From Hydrurus foetidus (taxonomy: Eukaryota), in NCBI GenBank assembly GCA_900617105.1, contig UYFQ01000839.1:62001-126000 (forward strand): a DNA stretch of 64,000 bases, read 5' to 3'. The notes under the pieces are model-generated. The model did no database searches and was not told the DNA's origin. It saw nothing but the letters and a program-made list of their open reading frames with translations. Shown here in pieces: positions 1-9,377 of this stretch. Made by a program: the position numbers and the translations under genes. Within the stretch, counting starts at the first letter, position 1. Each line of letters starts with the position of its first letter.

Positions 1-789
1 TGCTGCACCTGGGCGCGGTGGCCAAGCACCAGATTCTCGATCGCGACGCGGTGTTCAGCCACATGACGCCCGGCGCGGGGCCAGGCTGGAAAGAGCCGCG
101 CGCCTGGCTGCCGCCGCCGGCCTCGCGGCGGTGATCGCCGTCGGCTATCTTTACACCCCGGCCGTCAAGCCGGTGGCCGCGCCGGCGGTCGCCGAGGAGC
201 CTGTTGACGCCCCGGTCGCCCCGCCCGCAACGCCGGAGGCCGCGGCGACGCCGGTCGAGGCCGCCGCCGCGCCGGTCGCGGATCCGGCCCTGAAAGATCC
301 TGTGGCCTGGACGGTGGCCAAGGGCGGCAAGCTCGGCTTCACCGCCACTTGGTCGGGCGACGCCCTGGAGGGCAGCTTCACCCGCTGGACCGCCGACATC
401 CTGTTTTCACCGAGGCCCTGGACCGCTCAAGCTGACCGTCAGCATCGACACGGCCTCGGCCCAGACCGGCGACGCCCAGCGCGACGAGAGCCTGCCCAGC
501 GGCGACTTCTTCGACAGCGCCAGCCACCCCAAGGCGACGTTCACGGCCAGCAAGTTCCGCAAGACCGGCGAGGGCCGCTATATCGCCGACGGGACCCTGG
601 ACCTGCGCGGCGTCAAGAAGCCGCTCAGCCTGCCGTTCAGCCTGAAGATCGACGGCGACACAGCCACGGCGCGGTGTAACCACCCTCGACCGGACCGGTT
701 CGGTCGGACAGGGCGAATGGGCGAGCACGGATCAGATCGCGGCCAAGGTGAAGGTCAGCTTCTCCCTGAAGGCGACGCGCAAGTCGTAG
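1..789 (+). CDS. Cytochrome b561-YceI fusion protein, 5' truncated by window edge, frameshifted
   Basis: Starts LHLGAVAKHQILDRD (cytochrome b561 C-terminal His motif), then a Pro/Ala linker, then a YceI domain read across frames (GKLGFTATWSG...RDESLPSGDFFD...GTLDLRGVKKP...KVSFSLKATRKS*); TAG at 787-789. Confidence 0.8.
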
Positions 790-898
790 AGGCCGCGCGC
801 GCCCTGGCCGCCGGCCGGCTGGTGCTGCTGCCCACCGAGACCGTCTATGGCCTGGGCGCCGACGCGGCCAATCCGGCGGCCGTGGCGGCGATCTTCGA

Positions 899-933
<35 letters not shown>

Positions 934-1691
934 CCCATGTGGCCGATATCGAGACCGCCGCGCGGATCGCCGTCTTCGACGAACGGGCTCACGCCCGGCC
1001 AAGCCTTCTGGCCCGGCCCCCTGACCCTGGTCGCCCCGATCCGCGACGCTTCGGCGGTCTGCGATCTGGCCCGGGCCGGGCTCGACACCGTGGCCATCCG
1101 CGTGCCCGGCCATCCGCTGTCGCGCGCCGTGCTGGCGGCGTTTGGCGGACCCGTTGTGGCCCCTTCGGCCAACCGCTCGGGCCGGCCCAGCCCCACCACC
1201 TATGACGACGCCTTCGGCGAGACCGGCGGCGCCTGCGCCGTCACCCTGGATGGCGGGCCTTGCGCGGTCGGGCTGGAATCCACCGTCGTCGCCGTGCTGG
1301 ACGGCCCGCCCCGCCTGCTGCGTCCGGGCGCCGTGACCCGCGCCCAGCTGGAGGCCGTGGTCGGCCCCCTGGCGGAGGCCGAGGACGACGCCAAACGCTC
1401 GCCGGGCCGCCTGGCCCTGCACTATGCCCCCGACGCGCCGGTGCGCATCAATGCGGCGGCGCCCCAAGCCGGCGAGGCGTTCCTGGCCTTTGGTCCGTGG
1501 CCGGACGGGGAGGGGTGTTCAACCTCAGCCCGACCGGGTCGCTGAGCGAAGCCGCCGCCAACCTGTTCTCGTTCCTGCGCGCCGCTGATCGGACGAAACC
1601 GGTCGGCATCGCCGTGGCGGCCATTCCTCAGGAAGGCCTGGGCGAGGCGATCAATGACCGGCTTAGACGCGCGGCCGGGTTCGTGGGATAG
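717..1691 (+). CDS. sua5: L-threonylcarbamoyladenylate synthase (Sua5/TsaC), frameshifted
   Basis: PTETVYGLGADA, KGRPRFNPLIAHV, PGPLTLV, APSANRSG, GLESTVV, HYAP and AINDRLRRAA across ORFs 717-1205, 937-1545 and 1260-1691. Confidence 0.9.
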
Positions 1692-1697
1692 AGGCCG

Positions 1698-2015
1698 ATG
1701 AAATTCAAGATCATGTACCTCGAGGACAAGTCCAAGGGCCTGAACGGTCCCGCGCGCATCGGGCGGGTGGGGTCGTCCAAGACCGGCGAGACCCTCTACT
1801 ATGCCGGCCGCTCGTTCGAGGCCCTGCGCAATTCGGGCCTGAAGGCCAATTTCCGCGACATCGAGACCGGCCAGCCCTTCTGGATCGCCAAGGCCCGCAA
1901 GGACGGCGGCGACCGGCTCTACAAGGGCGCGGGCGATCCGGCCGTGATCGACGACGACGCGCGCGAGGAATACTGGGCCAAGATCCGGGGCCTTCCCGAT
2001 CCCGACCTGGGCTAG
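1698..2015 (+). CDS. Conserved small hypothetical protein (105 aa)
   Basis: Clean ORF with GAGG RBS and typical codon usage; [39 protein letters not shown] pattern. Confidence 0.75.
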   Translation: MKFKIMYLEDKSKGLNGPARIGRVGSSKTGETLYYAGRSFEALRNSGLKANFRDIETGQPFWIAKARKDGGDRLYKGAGDPAVIDDDAREEYWAKIRGLPDPDLG

Positions 2016-2390
2016 TCCAGCGCCGAGCGCACGTCGGTCAGCGGAAAGTCGTCGCCCTTGTACAGCAGCGGCGCGTCCAGGGACTTGGCGAGGGCGTAGG
2101 CAAAGCAGTCGGCGAGATTCAATTTCGCGGGGTGGCGCCGCCGGCAATGAACGAGATAGGCGTCGAGCGCGGCCGACGCAGATTCTCATCGGGCATGACG
2201 CTGGCCCCAGCTGGAGCCAGTCATCAAAGATCTGCCTGGGTCGCCAGCCGTCCCCGACCTATCAGGATCAACCCGCCTCGACATAGTTCACTGCCGAGAT
2301 GCGGGAGGGCTTCGAGAACGGCCAGAAAGTTCTCAGCCTCCGGCTCGTCGTCGCCAATGGCGACCAGCGCGAAGCATCGACGACGATCAC
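2012..2390 (-). CDS. vapC: VapC PIN-domain toxin, frameshifted
   Basis: Minus strand reads (M)IVVDAS-LVAI.DDEPEA...VNYVEAG...[43 protein letters not shown] start overlaps the antitoxin stop. Confidence 0.85.
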
Positions 2391-2665
2391 TGATCGTCTT
2401 CCACATCCGTGACGCCGGGAATTTCCCAGAGCGCGTCGAAATCGGCCTTGGTAACGTTGAGCTTGGTCTTGCCAGTCCGGCCTTGCGACGAAACTCCGCA
2501 GTCGCCGCGCGCGCTTTCAGGAGTCCGCCGAGGGCGATTTGGACTGCTCGCGTTCCAGCGCTTCGCGCGCCAGGGCGTCGATCACGCCGGTGATCGTTGT
2601 GCCGCGCAAGGCGGCGACTTCGCGAACGACCCGCTCGGTCTCGGGATTCTTGATGAAATTCCCAT
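2387..2665 (-). CDS. vapB: VapB antitoxin (Rv0623-like), frameshifted
   Basis: MG..IKNPETERVVREVAALRGTTITGVIDALAREALERE, an RHH-type antitoxin N-terminus, directly upstream of the PIN gene. Confidence 0.75.
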
Positions 2666-2676
2666 CGATCCACTCC

Positions 2677-2698
2677 GGTATATACCCAAGTATATCCT
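2677..2698. promoter_or_regulatory. Putative TA autorepression operator
   Basis: Perfect palindrome GGTATATACC (2677-2686) plus a degenerate copy AGTATATCCT (2689-2698) just upstream of vapB. Confidence 0.55.
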
Positions 2699-2731
2699 AT
2701 TCTGGGCCGCTCAAAGCGTATCCTCCCGCCC

Positions 2732-4141
2732 ATGACCAAACCTGTTCCCGCCGACACCCTGTCCCGCCTCAAGGCCGTGCTCGGCGAGGGCGGATGGAGT
2801 GAAGATCCCGCCCGCCTCGAGCCCAAGCTGATCGAATGGCGCGGCCGCTGGCGGGGCGAGACGCCGCTGCTGGTCCTGCCGCGCACGACGGGCGAGGTCG
2901 CCGCCGTGGTCGGCATCTGCGCCGCCGACGGCGTGGCGATCACCCCGCAGGGCGGCAATACCGGCCTGGTGGCCGGCCAGATTCCGCAGGGCGAGATCCT
3001 GCTCTCCACCGAGAAGCTGCGGGCCGTGCGCGATGTCGACGGCCTGGACGACGTGATGGTGCTGGAGGCGGGCGTCACCCTGTCGCAAGCCCATGCCCAG
3101 GCGGCCAGCGTCGGTCGCCGCTTCACGGTGGGGGTCGCCTCGGAGGGCTCTTGCACCATCGGCGGGCTGGTCTCGACCAATGCCGGCGGCACGGCGGTGC
3201 TGCGCTACGGCATGATGCGCGAGCAGGTGCTGGGCCTGGAGGCCGTTCTGCCCAATGGCGAGATCTGGAAGGGCCTCAAGCGCCTGCGCAAGGACAATAC
3301 CGGCTACGACCTCAAGCAGCTGCTGATCGGGGCCGAGGGCACGCTGGGCGTGGTCACCGCCGCCAGCCTGAAGCTGCACCCGCTGCTGGCCTCGCGGGCC
3401 GTGGCCATTGTCGGCCTGGGCTCGCCGGAAGACGCCATCCAGCTGCTGGCCCGGGCCAAGGACGAGACGGGCGGGGCGGTCGAGGCCTTCGAGCTGATGG
3501 GCCGGCTGGGCTTTGAGCTGACGATCCGCAATGTGCCGGGCCTGCGCGATCCGCTGCCCTCGATCCATCCCTGGTACGTGCTGATCGAGATCGCCAGCGG
3601 CGAGCCGGGCGCGGCCGAGGCGGCGCTGGAACGCCTGCTGACCAGCGCCCTGGAGCGCGGCCTGATCAGCGACGCGGCCGTGGCCCAGACGGAAACCCAG
3701 ATGAAGGCCTTCTGGCATATCCGCGAGGGCCATTCGGCCGGCCAGAAGCCCGAGGGCGCGGCCTGGAAGCATGATGTCAGCGTGCCGGTCTCCAAGATCC
3801 CGGTCTTCATCGATCGCGCCAACGCCGCCCTCGCCAGCGCCTATCCCGGCACGCGGATCGTCGCCTTCGGCCATGTCGGCGACGGCAATGTCCACTATGA
3901 CGTGCTGCGCCCCGTCGGCGGCGACGAGGACGCTCACGAAGCCCTGCGCGACGCCGGCGCCAAGATTGTCCACGACATCACCGCCGGCCTGAACGGCTCG
4001 ATCAGCGCCGAGCACGGCCTGGGGGCGATGAAGACGGCCGAGGCGCTGGGCTACAAGGATCCGGTGGAGGTCGCGGCCCTGCGGGCCATCCGCTCGGCGC
4101 TGGACCCGCAGCGGATCATGAACCCGCGCGTGCTCTTCTAG
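2732..4141 (+). CDS. FAD-binding oxidoreductase (D-lactate/D-2-hydroxyacid dehydrogenase family)
   Basis: Intact 469 aa ORF; PQGGNTGLV, TIGG..STNAGG, LRKDNTGYDLKQL.IGAEGTLG, GHVGDGNVH, SAEHGLG. Confidence 0.9.
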   Translation: MTKPVPADTLSRLKAVLGEGGWSEDPARLEPKLIEWRGRWRGETPLLVLPRTTGEVAAVVGICAADGVAITPQGGNTGLVAGQIPQGEILLSTEKLRAVRDVDGLDDVMVLEAGVTLSQAHAQAASVGRRFTVGVASEGSCTIGGLVSTNAGGTAVLRYGMMREQVLGLEAVLPNGEIWKGLKRLRKDNTGYDLKQLLIGAEGTLGVVTAASLKLHPLLASRAVAIVGLGSPEDAIQLLARAKDETGGAVEAFELMGRLGFELTIRNVPGLRDPLPSIHPWYVLIEIASGEPGAAEAALERLLTSALERGLISDAAVAQTETQMKAFWHIREGHSAGQKPEGAAWKHDVSVPVSKIPVFIDRANAALASAYPGTRIVAFGHVGDGNVHYDVLRPVGGDEDAHEALRDAGAKIVHDITAGLNGSISAEHGLGAMKTAEALGYKDPVEVAALRAIRSALDPQRIMNPRVLF

Positions 4142-4421
4142 CCCGCAGCGCCGCCACGATCGCGACCACCGCGCCCAGCGGGATCACCGCCTTGTGGAAG
4201 CCGGCCATATGGCCGGGGCCCAGCAGGTTGATGGCGAACGGAATAAAGCCCCAGCGGCCCGTGTCGATCTGCATCCAGAACGCCCCGACCCCGACCAGGC
4301 TGACCAGACACCACAGGACGCGAAACCGCAGGGCCCTGGTCGCGGCGACCAGGATCAGCGCGACGACCATCGGGATCGGCCAGGTGAGGGCGGCGAGATG
4401 GGCGAGAGCTTGGGGTGTCAT
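4116..4421 (-). CDS. Small membrane protein
   Basis: MTPQALAHLAALTWPIPMVVALILVAA..., three hydrophobic segments. Confidence 0.55.
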   Translation of the reverse strand: MTPQALAHLAALTWPIPMVVALILVAATRALRFRVLWCLVSLVGVGAFWMQIDTGRWGFIPFAINLLGPGHMAGFHKAVIPLGAVVAIVAALRARRARAGS

Positions 4422-4476
4422 GCGGGCGGGATAGCGGGCGGGCGGGGCGGCGTCGAGGGGCGGGACGCGCGCTCCC

Positions 4477-4594
4477 AAGTCCTCTCCCTGAAGGGGGAGG
4501 CGATCGCGAAGCGATCGGAGGGGGTAGTGCTGCTGAGCCGGAGGGGTCTTCCCCCACCGGCCTCCGGCCGCCTCCCCCTTCAGGGGGAGGACTT
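4477..4594. repeat. Palindromic intergenic repeat (CIR/RIME-like)
   Basis: Terminal inverted arms AAGTCCTCTCCCTGAAGGGGGAGGCG ... CGCCTCCCCCTTCAGGGGGAGGACTT (one mismatch) with internal hairpins. Confidence 0.75.
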
Positions 4595-4719
4595 TGCGGC
4601 CAGCACGGGGATAGAGGGCGCTCAATCCCCGTAGTTTCCGAACCGACTAACGAAATCAATCGCTTGTAAAATAGTTGATCGCGCCCATCAGACGCGCTCG
4701 AAACCCGCTGCATAATCAG

Positions 4720-5160
4720 AGCTGTCCCCGTCGCAGGGGGAGGCGCCTGGATCCGGCCCAACAGCGGCGATGGGGATGGAGCTGAGCGGGGCCGCGACGC
4801 CCTGGAAGGCGGGTCGAGGTGTGCGGGCTGTCTCAGAAGGACGGACCAAACGCTGAGTGGCTTGTCGGCCGGGTGAACGCGGGTCGAAGAGGGCGAGGGA
4901 TCGTAAACCCGCCTATCGCGCATCGTCGGCGTCGAGACGGTTAGCCGATCGACGGGATGCGCGCCCGTACGGGGGCTCTTGGGTATCAGAGCTGAAAGAC
5001 GCTCGCTTGGCCCGATCCTCACGCAAGAACAGCTTCTGCGAAGCGGACAGGTCGAGCCGAAACGCAAACAACACATCACGGTCATCCGGGTTCGCCCCGG
5101 CCGCTTCGCGCCTCCCCAACCACTTCAGTGGCTCATGCCGCGTGAGGCTGAGAGCCCGTG
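4720..5160 (+). ncRNA. Candidate large structured non-coding RNA, family unassigned
   Basis: No convincing ORF; promoter-like GCATAATC at 4710-4717; long-range pairings 4737-4746/5108-5117, 4823-4836/5148-5159, 4859-4866/5046-5053 and 4917-4924/4956-4963; UUCG hairpin near 5086-5100. Confidence 0.6.
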
Positions 5161-5166
5161 TCTTCT

Positions 5167-5296
5167 CCCTTCCCCCTTTGATGGGGGAAGGGCGGGGATG
5201 GGGGTGACCCCGCCGGACGATTTCACACCGTCAGAGCCACATCCTGAACCGCTGTCACCCCCATCCCCAACCCTTCCCCCATCCAAGGGGGAAGGG
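5167..5296. repeat. Palindromic intergenic repeat, family shared with 25483-25576
   Basis: CCCTTCCCCCTTTGATGGGGGAAGGG..GGGATGGGGGTGAC ... GTCACCCCCATCCCC.ACCCTTCCCCATCCAAGGGGGAAGGG. Confidence 0.8.
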
Positions 5297-5358
5297 TCTG
5301 ACCATCAATCCCCAACCTCCCGCTAGCGATCCCGCTCAGGACACTCTATCTCCCGCCC

Positions 5359-6126
5359 ATGCTGATGGTCATCTCCCCCGCCAAGTCGCTGGACTTCACC
5401 GCGCCCGATCAGGTGCTGCCGCTGACCACGCCCGAGCTGAAGGACAGGATCGCAGAGCTGGCCAAGGTGACGCGCAAGCTGACCGCCGCCGATCTGCGCC
5501 GGCTCATGCACATCTCCGAAAAGCTGGCCGACCTGAACCGCGAGCGGTTCCAGGCCTTCGATCCGCAGGTCGAGGACGGCCTGCAGGCCGTGATCGCCTT
5601 CAACGGCGACGTCTATGGCGGCCTGGCGGCGCGCGAGCTGGACCGGGCGGCCCTGGACTGGGCCCAGGACCACCTGCGGATCCTGTCGGGCCTGTATGGC
5701 GTGCTGCGGCCGCTGGACGCCCTGCAGCCCTATCGCCTGGAGATGGGCACCCGGCTGAAGACCAAGCGCGGGGCCAACCTCTACGATTTCTGGGGCGAGA
5801 CTATCGCCCAGACCCTCAACGACGCCGCCGAAGGCCACGCCGACAAGACCCTGGTGAACCTGGCCAGCCAGGAATATTTCGGGGCCGTCGACGCCAAGGC
5901 CCTGAAGCTGCCGGTCGTCACCTGCCATTTCAAGGAAGAGAAGGCGGGCTTGCTCAAGGTGCTGGGCTTCTTCGCCAAGAAGGCCCGGGGGCGGATGGCG
6001 CGTTACATCATCGACAACCGGGTCGAGCAGGCCAAGGATCTCAAGGCCTTCGACCTGGACGGCTATGCTTTCCGTCCCGCGCTCTCGACCGACACCGATT
6101 GGGTTTTCGCTCGCCCCCAACCCTGA
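5359..6126 (+). CDS. yaaA: Peroxide stress protein YaaA (DUF328)
   Basis: ISPAKSLD, LMHISEKLA, F.GDVY.GL, ILSGLYGVLRPLD..QPYRLEMGT, NLASQEY, AKKARGRMA. Confidence 0.95.
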   Translation: MLMVISPAKSLDFTAPDQVLPLTTPELKDRIAELAKVTRKLTAADLRRLMHISEKLADLNRERFQAFDPQVEDGLQAVIAFNGDVYGGLAARELDRAALDWAQDHLRILSGLYGVLRPLDALQPYRLEMGTRLKTKRGANLYDFWGETIAQTLNDAAEGHADKTLVNLASQEYFGAVDAKALKLPVVTCHFKEEKAGLLKVLGFFAKKARGRMARYIIDNRVEQAKDLKAFDLDGYAFRPALSTDTDWVFARPQP

Positions 6127-6182
6127 ATTCATCTATCGATGAATTTATAAGCGCTCGCCCTTCGCAATGGCGAGTTATATGC

Positions 6183-6194
6183 TGCGCTGCAGCA
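6183..6194. promoter_or_regulatory. Putative PhaR operator
   Basis: TGCGCTGCAGCA fits the alphaproteobacterial PhaR motifs CTGC-N3-GCAG / TGCRNYGCASMA and lies in the AT-rich region upstream of bdhA. Confidence 0.6.
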
Positions 6195-6229
6195 AATATT
6201 AGGGTCGCAATTAAAGGAACCGCGTCGCC

Positions 6230-7027
6230 ATGGCCGTTGATTTCGGTTTGCAGGGCCAGGTCGCCATCGTCACAGGCTCGACCAGCGGCATTGGCCACGC
6301 GATGGCCGATGCGCTGGCCGCCCAGGGCGTCAATATCGTCCTGAACGGTCTGGGCGAGATGACCGCCATCGAGCGGACCCGTTCCGAGCTGGCCGAACGG
6401 CATGGCGTCGAGGTGCTGTACAACGGCGCCGACATGACCAAGCCCGACCAGATCGCCGACATGGTCCGCGCCGCCAAGGCCGAGTTCGGCGAGCTGGACA
6501 TCCTGATCAACAATGCCGGCATCCAGCATGTGGCCCCGATCGAGGACTTTCCCACCGACAAGTGGGACCAGATCATCGCCATCAACCTGACCTCGGCCTT
6601 CCACGCCACCAAGGCCGCCGTGCCGATCATGAAGGCCCAGGGGCGCGGCCGGATCATCAATATCGCCTCGGCCCACGCCCTGGTGGCCTCGCCGTTCAAG
6701 TCTGCCTATGTGGCCGCCAAGCACGGCGTCCTGGGCCTGACCAAGACGGTGGCGCTGGAAGTGGCGACCTTCGGCATCACCTGCAACGCCATCTGCCCGG
6801 GCTTCGTGAAGACCCCGCTGGTCGAGGCCCAGATCGCCGACCAGGCCAAGGCGCGCGGCATCAGCGAGGAAGCCGTCATGCGCGACGTCATCCTGGCCAG
6901 CCAGCCGACCAAGCAATTTGTCACCTTCGACCAGCTTTCCGGCATGCTGCTGTATCTGGTTTCCGACGCCGGGGCCTCGGCCAACGGCGCCGCCTTCCAG
7001 ATCGACGGCGGCTGGGTGGCGCAATAG
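6230..7027 (+). CDS. bdhA: 3-hydroxybutyrate dehydrogenase
   Basis: TGSTSGIG, NNAGIQHVAPIEDFP, IASAH.LVASPFKSAYVAAKHG, ICPGFV.TPLV. Confidence 0.92.
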   Translation: MAVDFGLQGQVAIVTGSTSGIGHAMADALAAQGVNIVLNGLGEMTAIERTRSELAERHGVEVLYNGADMTKPDQIADMVRAAKAEFGELDILINNAGIQHVAPIEDFPTDKWDQIIAINLTSAFHATKAAVPIMKAQGRGRIINIASAHALVASPFKSAYVAAKHGVLGLTKTVALEVATFGITCNAICPGFVKTPLVEAQIADQAKARGISEEAVMRDVILASQPTKQFVTFDQLSGMLLYLVSDAGASANGAAFQIDGGWVAQ

Positions 7028-7041
7028 GCAAGGGACGGGTC

Positions 7042-8110
7042 ATGCCCATCGGCCCGTTCAAGAAGAAGCCCGCTGGCCCCAGGCCGCTAAGTCTGGCCCT
7101 GCAGGGCGGCGGCGCCCACGGCGCTTTCGAATGGGGCATCCTCGACCGCCTGCTCGAGGAAGACGATATCGAGATCAAGGCGGTGACCGCCGCCTCGGCC
7201 GGGGCGATGAACGCCGTCTGCCTGGCCCACGGCCTGGCCGAAGGGGGCGCCGAGGGGGGCCGCGCCAAGGCCCGCGAGACGCTCGAAGCCTTCTGGCGGG
7301 GCACAAACCGGGCCGGCGGCCAGAACGTGTTCGGCGACTCCGCCATCTGGACCAAGGCCTTCGCCGGCCCCGACTGGCTGAAAAATACCCCCGGCTGGCG
7401 CATGGCCGAGACCCTGGCCATGAGCCTGTCGCCCTACGAATTCAATCCGTTCAACCTCAATCCGCTGCACGACGTGCTGGAAGCGACGGTGAACTTCGAG
7501 ACGATCCGCCAGCGCTCGCCGATCAAGCTGTACATCGCCGCCACGGCGGTGCAGCTGAGCAAGGCCAGGATCTTCCGCGAGACCGAGCTGACCGCCAAAC
7601 ACATCATGGCCAGCGCTTGCCTGCCCCAGGTGTTCCAGGCCGTTGAGATCGACGGCGAGCCCTATTGGGACGGCGGCTTTCTGGCCAATCCGCCCCTGTG
7701 GCCGCTGTTCTATGACGACACGCCCGACGACATCCTGATCGTCAGCCTCAACCCCTTCGTCCGCGACGAGACGCCCGTCGCCGGGCGAGATCATGGACCG
7801 GCTCAACGAAATCACCTTCAATTCGTCCCTGGCCGCAGAGCTGCGGGCCATCGGTTTTGTACAGAAGCTGCTGGATGACGGGCTGCTGAAGGACACCGCC
7901 AAGGGCCGCTATCGCAAGATGCTGGTCCACGCCATCACCGCCGACGGGCCGCTGGCCGACCTGTCGCTGTCGACCAAGTTCAACACCGAGTGGAGCTTCC
8001 TGCTGGACCTCAAGGAACGGGGCCGCACCGCCGCCCAGACCTGGCTGGACGACTGCGGAACCCTTATCGGCGTCAAGTCCAGCATCGACCTGAAGACCGG
8101 ATTTCCATGA
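7042..8110 (+). CDS. Patatin-like phospholipase/esterase, one frameshift near 7780
   Basis: LALQGGGAHGAF, ASAGA nucleophile elbow, ASACLP, YWDGG, then RLNEITFNSSL in the next frame. Confidence 0.88.
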
Positions 8111-8540
8111 ACCACCCTGTACCCACTGTCGGCGTCGTCTGCCTGCGCGACGACCAGGTTCTGCTGATCAAGCGCGGCACGGCGCCCCGGCTTGGCCAGT
8201 GGAGCCTGCCCGGCGGCCGCATGGAGCTGGGCGAGACGACGATCGCCGCCGGCCTGCGCGAACTGAAGGAAGAGACCGGCGTCGAGGCCACGATCCTGGG
8301 CCTGATCGACGTGATCGACGGGATCTTTCCCGCGCGGCCCTCCCTTGATGGAAAGTCGGCGAGATCACCCGCCACTACGTCCTGATCGACTATGCCGCCC
8401 GCTGGATCTCGGGCGAGCCGGTGGCCGGCGACGATGCGGCCGAGGCGCGGTTCGTCTCTCGCGAGGAAGCCATGGCCCTGGTCGAATGGGACGAGACCCG
8501 GCGGATGATCACCGAAACCTATGAGCGGTTCGCGGCATGA
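8107..8540 (+). CDS. NUDIX hydrolase, frameshifted
   Basis: WSLPGGRMELGETTIAAGLRELKEETG Nudix box; continues HYVLIDY...AGDDAAEARF in another frame. Confidence 0.85.
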
Positions 8541-9308
8541 CCACTGTGGATGCCCCGTCCCCCGCCACGGGATCAGCGTCAACGCCCTGATCCTGATCGG
8601 CGCCGTCGTCGCCCTGGGCTGGGCGCTGACCATCCCCACGGCCCTCACCGGCTTCCTGACCTTCGCCTTCGTGGCCCTGGCCTGGGTGCTGAGCGTGGGC
8701 GTCCACGAGTTCGGCCACGCCTTCGTCGCTCACAGGCGGGGCGACACCACCATCGTCGAAAGGGCTATCTGACCCTCGACCCGCTGAAATATTCCGACCT
8801 GTCGACCACCCTGATCTTTCCGCTGATCGCCCTGGCCCTGGGCGGCATCGGCTTTCCGGGCGGGGCGGTCTATCTGCGCGAGGACCTGATGCGCACCAGG
8901 ACCTGGCGGTCGCTAGCCTCGCTGGCCGGCCCGCTGGGGACGCTGGTCGTGCTGATCGTGATCGCCCTGGTCCTGCCGCTGTTTGGCGACCGCGCGCCGG
9001 CCCTGACCAACGCCCTGTCGCTGCTGGCCTTTCTGCAGGCCAGCGCCCTGGTCCTGAACCTGCTGCCGGTTCCGGGACTGGACGGCTATGGCGTCATCCG
9101 GCCCTTCCTGCCCGAAGGCGTCCGCGCCAGGCTGGTGAAGGTGGAGCTGGTCGGTTTCCTGATCCTGTTTGGCCTGATCTTTTTCGTGCCCGGCGTCAGC
9201 GCCGTGATCTTCGGCCTCGCCGGGGCCGTGGCGGGGCTGCTGGGCGTTTCGTTCGACGCCATGGGCGCGGGCTGGGACGCCTTCCGCTTCTGGGACAGCG
9301 CCGGTTGA
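8537..9308 (+). CDS. Site-2 protease (M50) family membrane metalloprotease, frameshifted
   Basis: HEFGH zinc motif, LAGP, NLLPVPGLDG. Confidence 0.85.
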
Positions 9309-9377
9309 CCTAGCGGGCACTTGACCGGGCGGCGCTTCGCGCTTCTCTTTCAAACAAACGTTCAAGGGAGAAACGCC

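Noticed and set aside
4720..5160. RNase P RNA, tmRNA, 6S RNA or a protein-coding gene
   Set aside because: No GAGGAAAGTCC motif, no tag peptide or tRNA-like ends, too long for 6S; the overlapping ORFs lack codon bias and recognisable motifs
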